This document shows positions 32,762 through 42,222 of a stretch of 64,000 nt of DNA, piece after piece (the first letter of the stretch is position 1; the number at the start of each line of letters is the position of its first letter). The DNA is taken from contig CAVRFW010000013.1 in NCBI GenBank assembly GCA_963720565.1, positions 64,001-128,000 of the forward strand, given 5' to 3'. This stretch comes from Candidatus Bathyarchaeota archaeon. GTDB lineage: Archaea; Thermoproteota; Bathyarchaeia; Bathyarchaeales; Bathycorpusculaceae. The position numbers and the translations under genes are program-made. The notes beneath the pieces were generated by a model. The model saw only the letters and a program-made list of their open reading frames with translations. It did no database searches and was not told the origin of the DNA.

Positions 32762-33349
32762 CTAAATTCTCAAGTACTCGTCCGTTAAACCTTCTCTTTC
32801 AAGCGTGCCTAACCAGTCCACACAGCCAACGGTGCACTTCAAGTTTTCATTCAAGATAAGGCAGATTCGATCCACAACAGCCTCAACTGTTTTGCCCGTA
32901 ACGTCCAATTCACAAACCTTCTCGTTATCCTGCTCCTGCAAAGCTTCAACCAGGCAGACATCAAGAATCTCTGACGCAAGGTTCTCCCAAAGCTTAGAGC
33001 CCGTGTACCCGCAGGCTTCCATGAACCTGCGAAGCTCCACTGGATTTCTTCGCATCACAAAAACCCTAGTCACAAGGTTCCTCGGAACAACAGCCGCTGC
33101 ATAGTGCCCGTCAACAATAACAGTCTTTTCGTCCGTAGCGTCTATGGCTTTCCCAATTTCGCTAAGCATCATCTGCTCGTCCACTATCGTCGTCTTCCGT
33201 TCTTTGTCTTCGCGCAGTGACAGGTTGTGAGTTTTGGCGAACTCGGTTAGGTTTATGTAGCAAGCGTTAAGTCGCGCGGCAAGATGCTGCGCTGTTGCAG
33301 TTTTGCCAACGCAGGGTGTACCGGTAACGAGCAGGACGATTTTGTTCAT
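32762..33349 (-). CDS. AK6/Fap7-type adenylate kinase
   Basis: VTGTPCVGKT P-loop, IVDGH, K..EN..SEILD. Confidence 0.9.
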   Translation of the reverse strand: MNKIVLLVTGTPCVGKTATAQHLAARLNACYINLTEFAKTHNLSLREDKERKTTIVDEQMMLSEIGKAIDATDEKTVIVDGHYAAAVVPRNLVTRVFVMRRNPVELRRFMEACGYTGSKLWENLASEILDVCLVEALQEQDNEKVCELDVTGKTVEAVVDRICLILNENLKCTVGCVDWLGTLEREGLTDEYLRI

Positions 33350-33405
33350 CGCCGATAAATGGATCAGAGGAAATTCTTATTGCTTACGGCTAAGCATTGA
33401 ATAAG

Positions 33406-33727
33406 TGGGCTGGCGAGTTGGTGTGTGGCTTTCGGACCCTCAAAAACTGAAGGGTCTGAGGAAACTCCGCCCACGCGTAGAATTGCAGTCCCTCAGGGAC
33501 AGGGCGAGAGCCTTGGCTCCGGAGCAGAAACGAAACGTCCACTTGGCGCGTGACGATGACGCATACTAAGATGCCGACTTATGCCTTGTGGAAACGATGA
33601 AACGGCCGTCCTGCAAGTGGAAAGGGCAAACAGTCGCCGATGAGGAATCTACCTGAAAGGCGCGGGTAGCCCGATTAGCCGAATGCCACAACAACAGAAG
33701 GCGGGTTACGGCCAACACACCAGCCCA
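33406..33727 (+). ncRNA. rnpB: RNase P RNA (archaeal type)
   Basis: GAGGAAACTCCGCCC (CR-I/P4 5') pairs with AACAGAAGGCGGGTTA (CR-V); GCAGAAA and TGAAACGG conserved motifs; terminal helix TGGGCTGG/CCAGCCCA. Confidence 0.93.
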
Positions 33728-33729
33728 AT
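33698..33729 (+). repeat. attL-like repeat (3' end of rnpB)
   Basis: AAGGCGGGTTACGGCCAACACACCAGCCCAAT. Confidence 0.85.
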
Positions 33730-33770
33730 TCAACTGCACACCACCCATTTTCGAGAAAGGAGGGAAACGA

Positions 33771-34160
33771 GTGGATTTTAAGTGCAAACGCCCAGTGATA
33801 ACGCCGTGCCAAATAGACCAGAACCTAATACCTGACGAATCAAAGCAGATAAACGTACTAATCCAAATGAAGAACGACAACAAAAGCGAAGACACAATAA
33901 GATTCACTCGCAAAGCCCTGAGCCTACTCTCAAGACACTCAAGCCTTGCAGAACCAGAATCAGTCAAAGCCTTCTTAGCACAAATGCAGGGTTCAGACAG
34001 CTACAAGAGAAACTTGGCAATAGCCTACAACAAGTACTGCAAGTTCTACGGAATAGAATGGAAAATGCCAACAAAAGAGGAAGCTATGAGCTTGATCGAA
34101 GGAGGATTCCAGTACGTCACAACGATGGAAGGAGTACAACTCTTCAAAAAACGCAGATAA
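33771..34160 (+). pseudogene. Tyrosine integrase with in-frame deletion of the catalytic domain
   Basis: Core-binding region (SEDTI..KAL..L, PESVKAFLA, YKRNL..AY..YCKFYGIEWKMP) fused directly to the C-terminal tail TKEEAMSLIEGGFQYVTTMEGVQLFKKRR, which resembles the tail of the integrase at 56447. Confidence 0.75.
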
Positions 34161-34335
34161 GCCCACTTTCCCACTTTTCCGATAGAAAAGACAACGAAAA
34201 AGCGCCTTATCATGGTATGGAGAAGAAACTAGCGTGTGCTCAAGAAAATTTGACAAAGCATTTTCCAGAGTTAGTCAAGGTTTCTTGACGAAAATCGCTT
34301 TAAGGCTGCAGAGTCACTGCAGTATTCGATGAAAT

Positions 34336-35004
34336 ATGAAAGCATTTACCGCTTTAATTTTGGCAAGCATTATAGTCTGTGTTTCAGTTATAGTCTTACC
34401 CACGCTTACTTATGGCGAGACTTCGGTTGGTGTCAAGAAAGGAGATTGGATTGAATATACTATTACCATGACGGGACCACCTTTAGATCCAATACGCAAT
34501 CTTACTTGGTATAGGACAGAGATTTTAGAGGTTGATGGTGCATGGTTCCAAGCAAACAAGACTGCCCTATCGGTAAATGGCACCCTCTCGAGTTCTATTT
34601 GGAACTTTAACTTAGCTGAAGGTCAAGTTCGAGGGTGGGTAATAATTCCTGCAAACCTTGGCACGGGAGACACATTTTTTGATGCCGCAAAGTCGCTTAA
34701 CATAACTATTGAAGGGGAAGAGCAAAAAACACTGCTAGGCGCAAGCCGAACCGTAACGCATGCAAGCGACCCTGGAAAGGTCTATATGGAATGGGACAAA
34801 GCTACTGGCATTTACGTACACTCCATAGCCCACACCAGCAACTATACCGTTGTAATGAACGCTTTTGCTACAAACATGTGGAGTCCTCAGCGTGTGCCTT
34901 TCCCAACAGCATTAGTTGTAGTTTCTGTAAGCATAATGGCTATTGTTGGAATAGGTTTGTTTGTTTGCTTCAAGAAACGCGTGCTTAATACGTCAAATCA
35001 ATAG
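34336..35004 (+). CDS. Secreted, membrane-anchored hypothetical protein (island cargo)
   Basis: Signal peptide, VGVKKGDWIEY, WDKATGI, C-terminal TM + KKR. Confidence 0.75.
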   Translation: MKAFTALILASIIVCVSVIVLPTLTYGETSVGVKKGDWIEYTITMTGPPLDPIRNLTWYRTEILEVDGAWFQANKTALSVNGTLSSSIWNFNLAEGQVRGWVIIPANLGTGDTFFDAAKSLNITIEGEEQKTLLGASRTVTHASDPGKVYMEWDKATGIYVHSIAHTSNYTVVMNAFATNMWSPQRVPFPTALVVVSVSIMAIVGIGLFVCFKKRVLNTSNQ

Positions 35005-35036
35005 AAGGAATACAGCTCTTCAAAAAACGCAAATAA
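34989..35036 (+). repeat. Second copy of an integrase 3' end
   Basis: 41/48 nt identical to 34113-34160; encodes YVKSIEGIQLFKKRK*. Confidence 0.75.
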
Positions 35037-35261
35037 CACGCAAAAGGGGTGTGAGGTGGGGGTTCTTCGGACGAAGATCATTCCAGGCATATGGGTTAAG
35101 GCAAATAAAACGCCGTCTTTTCTTGCCCTCAACCCCTGCTTCGCCGGGGGGCTTCGGGCAAAGCAGTGAAGGGCAGCCATAAAAAAATCCGCCGCCTTTA
35201 TGTTCGTGTATTAAATTTTATTTTCTTTGTAATATTCCCGCGCGCGCCATAAGAGATATTA

Positions 35262-37412
35262 ATGTTTTGCATTAATACAAGCCATCAAATGATGGAGAGG
35301 GCAGGTTTGTTAAACAAAGTAGTGCTAACTGTAATGTTAGTATTTTCTTTGGTTTCAGTTTTATTGTTTAGTGCTCCCCAAGTCTTTGGCTTAATATCTG
35401 ACGGATCAATGGAATGGAACAAAACATACGGAGGGAGCTACTCTGACCTGGCTCAGTCGATGGTTTTGACTAGTGACGGTGGATATGCTCTTGCAGGTTA
35501 CACTGCGTCTTTTGGTGCTCGCTACAATGATTTTTGGTTGGTTAGGACTGATTCGTCTGGTAATGAATTGTGGAGCAAGATGTACGGAGGAACAGGCGAT
35601 GATCAAGCTTGGTCTTTGGTTCAGACTGGTGATGGTGGATATGCACTAGCAGGTTACACGAACTCTTCTGGTGCTGGTGACTATGATTTTTGGTTGGTTA
35701 GGACTGATTCGTCTGGTAATGAATTGTGGAGCAAAACCTACGGAGGGGCACGCTATGACGGGGCTGAGTCGATGGTTATAACTAGTGATGGTGGATTCGC
35801 TCTCGTAGGTTACACTATATCTATTGGTGCTGGCAACAATGATTTTTGGTTGGTTAGGACTGATTCGTCTGGTAATGAATTGTGGAGCAAAACCTACGGA
35901 GGAACAGGTTATGACTATGCTTTTTCTGTGGTTCAGACTAGTGATGGTGGATTCGCAATAGCAGGTTTCACAAACTCTTTTGGTAGTGTCACGCCTGATT
36001 TCTTGTTGGTTAAGACTGATTCGTCTGGGAACCAGTTGTGGAGCAAGACGTACGGAGGAACAGGCGATGATGAATGTGTTTCTGTGATTCAGACTAGTGA
36101 TGGCGGATATGCACTAGGCGGTTGCACAACCTCTTTTGGTGCTGGCGATAGAGACTTTTGGTTGGTTAAAACAGATTCTGCTGGCAACCAATTATGGAGC
36201 AAGACAATCGGAGGAGTATACTCTGACGGGATTGAATCGATGGTTCAGACTAGAGATGGTGGTTACGCTCTTGCATGTTACACTTTGTCTTATGGTGCTG
36301 GCAGATATGATGGTTGGTTGGTTAAGACTGATTCGTCTGGTAACGAATTGTGGAGCGAAACCTACGGAGGAACAATAAATGACTATGCCTCTTCTATTGT
36401 TTTGGCTAGCGATGGTGGATACGCCTTAGCAGGTTTCGCAAGCTCTTTTGGTGCTGGCATCTATGATTTTTGGTTGATTAAGGTTGCATCTGTTGTTGTT
36501 CAGCCTCCAACGTTTAGTCCTGTGGGTGGTAGTTATGGTTCGGTTCAGACTGTGACTATCGGTTGTTCTACTGGTGGCGCGACCGTGAGGTATACTACTG
36601 ATGGTTCTGAGCCTTCGGCGACGTCAACGTTGTATTCGGGTCCATTCGTGGTGAGTTCTTCGATGACGATTAAGGCTAAGGCTTTTAAGAGCGAGATGAT
36701 GGACAGTGACACGGCCACGGCAACATACGCCATCAATCTTCAGGAGAAAGTTGCTACTCCAACGTTTAGTCCTGTGGGTGGTAGTTATGGTTCGGTTCAG
36801 ACTGTGACTATCGGTTGTTCTACTGGTGGCGCGACCGTGAGGTATACTACTGATGGTTCTGAGCCTTCGGCGACGTCAACATCGTATTTGGGTTCTATCG
36901 CAATTAACGTTACGACTACGGTTAAGGCTAAGGCTTTTAAGGATGGGATGGTTGACAGTGAGACAGCTGCGGCAACATACACAATTAATCTTCCTGTGAA
37001 GATTCCAGCTCTAACATTTTTCCCTGTGGGTGGTAGTTATGGTTCGGTTCAGACTGTGACTATCGGTTGTTCTACTGGTGGCGCGACCGTGAGGTATACT
37101 ACTGATGGTTCTGAGCCTTCGGCGACGTCAACGTTGTATTCGGGTCCATTCGTGGTGAGTTCTTCGATGACGATTAAGGCTAAGGCTTTTAAGAGCGAGA
37201 TGATGGACAGTGACACGGCCACGGCAACATACACAATTAATATTGTAACGCCGTCTCCAAATGGAGGTGCTGTATCTTCAGCAGTAATTTATGCTGCCAT
37301 TATCATAGTGGTAGCAGCCATAGTGGGAGTAGTGATACTGTTGCTCAGAGAAATGAAACCCAAAATGTCATTGAAGCAGTACACAACGAAACCGAAACTG
37401 AAAAAAGATTGA
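35262..37412 (+). CDS. Surface protein: 7 beta-propeller repeats plus 3 chitobiase/FN3-associated (CHB_HEX_C-like) domains and a TM anchor
   Basis: WSKTYGG..D....QTSDGGYALAG...DFWLV(R/K)TDSSGN repeats; three near-identical PTFSPVGGSY...VRYTTDGSEPS domains. Confidence 0.88.
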   Translation: MFCINTSHQMMERAGLLNKVVLTVMLVFSLVSVLLFSAPQVFGLISDGSMEWNKTYGGSYSDLAQSMVLTSDGGYALAGYTASFGARYNDFWLVRTDSSGNELWSKMYGGTGDDQAWSLVQTGDGGYALAGYTNSSGAGDYDFWLVRTDSSGNELWSKTYGGARYDGAESMVITSDGGFALVGYTISIGAGNNDFWLVRTDSSGNELWSKTYGGTGYDYAFSVVQTSDGGFAIAGFTNSFGSVTPDFLLVKTDSSGNQLWSKTYGGTGDDECVSVIQTSDGGYALGGCTTSFGAGDRDFWLVKTDSAGNQLWSKTIGGVYSDGIESMVQTRDGGYALACYTLSYGAGRYDGWLVKTDSSGNELWSETYGGTINDYASSIVLASDGGYALAGFASSFGAGIYDFWLIKVASVVVQPPTFSPVGGSYGSVQTVTIGCSTGGATVRYTTDGSEPSATSTLYSGPFVVSSSMTIKAKAFKSEMMDSDTATATYAINLQEKVATPTFSPVGGSYGSVQTVTIGCSTGGATVRYTTDGSEPSATSTSYLGSIAINVTTTVKAKAFKDGMVDSETAAATYTINLPVKIPALTFFPVGGSYGSVQTVTIGCSTGGATVRYTTDGSEPSATSTLYSGPFVVSSSMTIKAKAFKSEMMDSDTATATYTINIVTPSPNGGAVSSAVIYAAIIIVVAAIVGVVILLLREMKPKMSLKQYTTKPKLKKD

Positions 37413-37490
37413 AAACAGGTCCAACAGCGTGCGCTATGGACGTTCGTATATCTGAGAATTCACAATTTGTGACAATAGTGTGCTTTACAG

Positions 37491-38820
37491 TCATCTCCAT
37501 ATGGTGTGGGGTCCCCTAATGCGAGCGATAGGCGTGCGTTCTGGTATTGGCTTTGGCTCCACTGTTGGCGTTAGCGTCGACGTTGGAGTGGGAGAATTTA
37601 TCCATACTTCAACGGGAGGTTTCAAGTAACCGCGTGACCCTATTATGTCCAAGTCTCCGTCGTTTGCGATGTCGCCCAGTACTCCCTTGTAGAGTCCAAA
37701 ATCAGAAACAGCCGTTTCGTTCCAGCTCAGGCTGTTACCATTATTATAGTAGACCTTTATCGGAAAGGGAGGTGGAAACAAACCGTCGGATCTTTCGAAT
37801 TTGGCTGCTACAACGTCCAAGTAGCCATCGAGATTCATGTCACCAACAAGAAGTGTATGGCAATAGTCCACATATCCTATGACGTGTTCAATCCAGGGTC
37901 CACTCCTCGGATTCGAGGTTTCATACCAAGAGATTGGATAACCAGGTTTTTCTGAGTGAGAGAGCAGGATGTTCTAGTAGGCCATCTTCGTTCAAATCAA
38001 CCACAACTGTTCTCGCGTTGTTATCTGCCCAGCAGTCTTCAACTTTTGCTGTATACTGATTATACCATTTGCTGTCGATGTTGTGCTCACTCCAAGTGCC
38101 AGAAATATCTGGGTAGGGGTTTTCCAGCCAAAACCCGTTAAGCACAATATCCGCATCTAGGTCTCCATCAAGATCGCCAACGTCTAATCCATCATGGCTG
38201 CGAGTGGGCACAGTCTTAACAGTGCTCCAAGAAGATTGATTCTGAACAAATATAGAGGTCTCTCCCTTGCCGAAATAGGCATCAGCACGTGCCACTACAT
38301 CCAACTTTCCGTCCTTGTTAAAATCCGCAACTCCAAAACCGATAACATCATAACTACAATTGCCAATGTAATGACTCGCCCATACGCCCTTCGGGCTTCC
38401 ATTCGGCCTCGGGTTCTCAAACCAGTACACTTTGTTGTTACTGTCCTGTGCTCCCACAACATCCAAGTCACCATCAGCGTCGATATCCACGCATTTAATG
38501 TCCTCAGACCGCCAATCAAACGACCCAATAGAGTATTCGTTCCAGTTGGGATATCTGAACCAACTCAACCCAGCCCCATTCTTTGCTGCAATCACGTCAG
38601 TAAAACCGTCACCATCAACATCACCAGCCGACACAACACTCGCATAATCAATGCTGTCAGCAATGACATTTTCGAAAATCCGAACCGACCCTGCCTGGAC
38701 TATTAAGTGTGCTGAATCTACACTTATGATTGCAAAATGCGAAACCAGTAAAAACACTATGAAAACGAAGGTAACCAGAGCCGTCTTGTTGGTTTTCAAT
38801 CCAGATTCACCCACGCCCAA
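37491..38820 (-). CDS. FG-GAP/VCBS repeat secreted protein, frameshifted near 37880-37980
   Basis: GDVDGDGFTDV, DIDADGDLDVV, DFNKDGKLDVV, GDMNLDGYLDVV repeats across two ORFs. Confidence 0.85.
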
Positions 38821-39368
38821 ACGATTGCGTTAGAAATATTGAATAGTTTGAATAGCTTTATCTTGATCCTGACCGACACGCCCTATTCATGATGCTGTAT
38901 CTAATACAGCTTTCTGAAACTTCGAGCATTTACAGAAATTTGATAGAGGAGTTTAAGTGTTCCCAATGATTCAAACGAAACCTAGAATAACGGTTGGTAC
39001 TGCGGGTAGATGTTCAGACAGCTCACAGCACGAGCAAACCCATTCCGAGGGGGCTCGCCGCTTTTGTTTGAAACTTGTTGCCCTTTGTAGCTGGAGGGCA
39101 ACGAGGTCAAGACCGCAAAACAAATCTTATTCTTTTTTGCAATGACCCCAAGAATGAACTGTTAACACAACCCTTCAAGCGTTTGAGCCTTCGTCCTGCG
39201 TGATTTTGCTTTTTTCAGCAAAGCAAAAGGTTTGTTGTTGCCAGCTCGCCAGAAGGGACAAGCATCATCCCCCAAATTTTAATGCACGAAGAAGGAATGA
39301 ATATGAACAAAGAAAACAAGACAGAAGATAAATCAAAACAGGAGGAGAGTGAGAAATTACTAAGGCCA

Positions 39369-39400
39369 AAGGCGGGTTACGGCCAGCACACCAGACCAAT
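39369..39400 (+). repeat. attR-like repeat (duplicate of the rnpB 3' end)
   Basis: AAGGCGGGTTACGGCCAGCACACCAGACCAAT. Confidence 0.85.
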
Positions 39401-39531
39401 CTATTAATCCCACTAGCTGTTTGCATTATCTCTTCACCTTCTTCGCTCGCTTAGTACACAGCCGCGCAGAGAGCGACTGGCAAAAATATATGTGGAAGTT
39501 CAAGGAATTAATACTCAGGTGAGATTCGACG

Positions 39532-39954
39532 TTGTTATTTGAGAAAATCTTGGTTCCCTTGGATGGCTCTGAACATTCGACGCGAGCTCTAGAAACAGCA
39601 GTTCAAATCGCAAAACAGATCGATGGAAGAATTACGCTAATCCATGTGTATTTAGTCAGCCAATCTGCAATCACTCCTATGCAGGTCTCCAGATACGTCC
39701 AGGCAATTCGCAAGCAGGGTGAGATCGTGTTGGCAGAAGGTGAAAAGAGGGCTAATGCTGAAGGAGTTCAAGTTGAAAAGCTATTGATTATGGGGCATGC
39801 AGTTGAAGAGATACTAAGAACCGCGAAAAAAGGCAATTTCAATTTAGTTGTTATTGGTGCTAGGGGCATGAGCAAGATAAAGGAACTCATCATGGGAAGC
39901 GTAAGCGATGGAGTGACAAAACATGCACCTTGCCCAGTCTTGGTGGTAAGATAG
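39532..39954 (+). CDS. Universal stress protein
   Basis: KILVPLDGSEHS, VIGARG, MGSVSDGVTKHAPCPVLVV. Confidence 0.95.
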   Translation: MLFEKILVPLDGSEHSTRALETAVQIAKQIDGRITLIHVYLVSQSAITPMQVSRYVQAIRKQGEIVLAEGEKRANAEGVQVEKLLIMGHAVEEILRTAKKGNFNLVVIGARGMSKIKELIMGSVSDGVTKHAPCPVLVVR

Positions 39955-40018
39955 CAAAACACGCGTTGCTCCTTAATCGTTACTCAACATGATTCAACGT
40001 GCGTTTACGCGGTACCCA

Positions 40019-40177
40019 TTACCTTTCAAACAGCAAGTAATGATTAGTGCCCATTGCCAAAGCAGCGTTTCCAGCGCAAACATATGTATGAAGCCTCCAG
40101 CCTAGCTTTTCAAACTCCTCGATTGTTTTACCGACATTGTCATGATGCCCCACAAGCACGCATTTCCATTCCGTCAA
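40019..40177 (-). CDS. Small 52-aa protein (DUF4177-like), copy 1
   Basis: TTG start after GGAGGTGA; EWKCVLVGHHDN...GWRLHTY...HYLLFE; paralogue at 61702-61866. Confidence 0.75.
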   Translation of the reverse strand: MTEWKCVLVGHHDNVGKTIEEFEKLGWRLHTYVCAGNAALAMGTNHYLLFER

Positions 40178-40301
40178 CCTTAGCCTCACCTCCTTTGTCC
40201 AATCGCATTTCCAATACGCTATTCTATCAGTGCGAATTAATATTTTCAAGATGAAGTATACCAAAGATGTAAAGAGATTTCAAGAGGAGAAGCTGTGAGA
40301 A

Positions 40302-40779
40302 ATGGATTCCCTAACTGATCAACAAGTTTGCGAGTATTTTCATCGTAGTTACAAAGCTGTGGATGGATTATGGTTTATGAAAGTGGAGGAAAAGCATGGT
40401 TTTAACGCTGCCTTGGACATTGATAAAGAAGTCTGGAAAGTTCTGCCCAAAATTCAGGCTCGCATGATTAAATCTATGTTAAGAAAAGGTGAAGCTCAAT
40501 CTGCTCTTTTGGAAAGCCTTAGTTTGAAGTTGTCCTGGAAGGCTTCAATTAAGATGGAACAAGAAGAGAGTGGCTTTCGAATACGAATAAGCGAATGCCC
40601 GGGCATAATTTGATGGTGAAAAGTGGCAGAGAGAAATTCTCGGGGCAGTAGGAACAAACATGTGCGCTGTTGAATATTCTGTTTGGATTTCTGAATTTAA
40701 TGAGAACATAGATTTCACGCTTGAAATGCAGAAATGCAAAGGTTCAGAATACTGCATACTGAACTTCAAAAAATGCTGA
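40302..40779 (+). CDS. DUF6125 / ATC-hydrolase-like protein, frameshifted
   Basis: SYKAVDGLWFMKVEEKHG..AALDID..VW; C-terminal MCAVEY...KCKGSEYC in another frame. Confidence 0.7.
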
Positions 40780-40800
40780 TTCAACCAGCGCACTAAGTTC

Positions 40801-42078
40801 TTAGCCTTGTGTTTTATATCGAAGCAAAGCAGCTATACCGCCAAACGCGTTTTTCAACATTTGGCCTTCTTCGGTTTCTGTTGAGATGACCTCAACATCA
40901 GTGTTTGAATACTCGGCTATTTGTGCAAGGTCATCCACGATGTCTTCCTTTTCAGCTACGGCTAGGCTTGGGGCTTGACACTTCGGACAGGGTTTCCCTA
41001 AAAGGCTTTGTTCAAAGCTAACCTTTTCCGGGTTTTTAACGGTGTGTTTTTCCTCATAGCCACAAGCGCTGCATTTTATGGTCATTCGTGAAAGGTCAAG
41101 CGCTTCGGAGAGCAATAGCATGCGGACAGCACCTGCTTCCGTGGCTCTGCGGACTTCGGCTTCACCATAAGTAATCATTCCTGTGTCATGGCCGACTTCG
41201 TAAAGAAATTTTTGCATGATTTGTTTTTCTTCAATATAGCGGACTTTCTTCATGATTTCTGGCGCTTTATCTACGACTTCTTTAACGCCCTGCTCCTCTA
41301 CATAGGCGCTGTCGATAACCTCAATAATCTTGTTTTTCAGCTGGTAATGAAGATAGTCGCCTTTTTGAAAATCAAATTTGGTTGGCCCTGGACCGCCAAG
41401 GATTATGCCTTTGAGGTTGTCTATTGGCAGAAATACATCATTGGCGTGTCCGCCCACACGATGGTAGTATTCATTTAATTGCGAGTCTCTTAGACGCTCG
41501 TATCGTCTGGCTGACTGGCCGCCTGCCCGAGTCTTGCCTGTTACGCCTGAATGCATTTGATGAACGATGTCGAGTTTTTTACCTTGCAGAGTGGCTATGG
41601 TGGCGTTTGAAGCGTCAACTAAGAGTATGCCAAAAGTTTCTTTTTCACGCAGCATTTCCTGTAAGTGTTCTGTATGAAAACGTGAATCACAGCGGTAGAG
41701 GAAAATTTTGATGGGTTCAGGTGGCACAATTACGTAGGCTTCCATGCGTTCTGTTCCTGGTCCACCCCCTTCCTGAGGGAGGGCTCCGGCGAAGATTACT
41801 ATGCCCTTTTCTCCAGGATCCTTGAAAAGTTTGAGCTTCTGCTGGACTTTGACTATGGCGTCCAGAACGTTTTTTCGAGTTACGTTGGATTTGATGTTGC
41901 TGGCGGTTCCGTATTCATTTCGCAGTAGGTTAACGGCATCGCTAATTTGCTTGTCTGGCGGAACGTATAGTGTAATGAGTTCAGTGTGGCTGCCTTCTTT
42001 GCTGCCTAGCAAAGTCAGTGTTCTTCGTAGCCTGAATAGTTCTAGGGATGTTTTTTTGTTAGTGCTCAATGTCTTCAC
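40801..42078 (-). CDS. prf1: Peptide chain release factor aRF1
   Basis: TASNIKS, YRCDSRF, AGGQSARR, Zn-ribbon minidomain, AFGGIAALLRY. Confidence 0.98.
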   Translation of the reverse strand: MKTLSTNKKTSLELFRLRRTLTLLGSKEGSHTELITLYVPPDKQISDAVNLLRNEYGTASNIKSNVTRKNVLDAIVKVQQKLKLFKDPGEKGIVIFAGALPQEGGGPGTERMEAYVIVPPEPIKIFLYRCDSRFHTEHLQEMLREKETFGILLVDASNATIATLQGKKLDIVHQMHSGVTGKTRAGGQSARRYERLRDSQLNEYYHRVGGHANDVFLPIDNLKGIILGGPGPTKFDFQKGDYLHYQLKNKIIEVIDSAYVEEQGVKEVVDKAPEIMKKVRYIEEKQIMQKFLYEVGHDTGMITYGEAEVRRATEAGAVRMLLLSEALDLSRMTIKCSACGYEEKHTVKNPEKVSFEQSLLGKPCPKCQAPSLAVAEKEDIVDDLAQIAEYSNTDVEVISTETEEGQMLKNAFGGIAALLRYKTQG

Positions 42079-42222
42079 AAATTACAGGTTTAAGCTACAA
42101 CTACGTGGCGGTTATTAAGATAAAAGTTTCGCAATGCAAACGGGAAATGGTTTGTCACACATCTAAACTCTATTGTGTCACTGTGAAATCTTTCTGACAT
42201 AATCGGCAGACGCTTCTATCTT

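Larger units (their letters stand above)
33698..39400. mobile_element. Decayed integrative element/genomic island inserted at the 3' end of rnpB
   Basis: 32-bp direct repeats 33698-33729 and 39369-39400 (30/32 identical); integrase remnant immediately inside; accessory surface-protein cargo. Confidence 0.8.

Noticed and set aside
35410..36480. Regular ~150-bp DNA repeats resembling a CRISPR or non-coding array
   Set aside because: They are in-frame beta-propeller blades of one ORF, and there are no unique spacers or cas genes.
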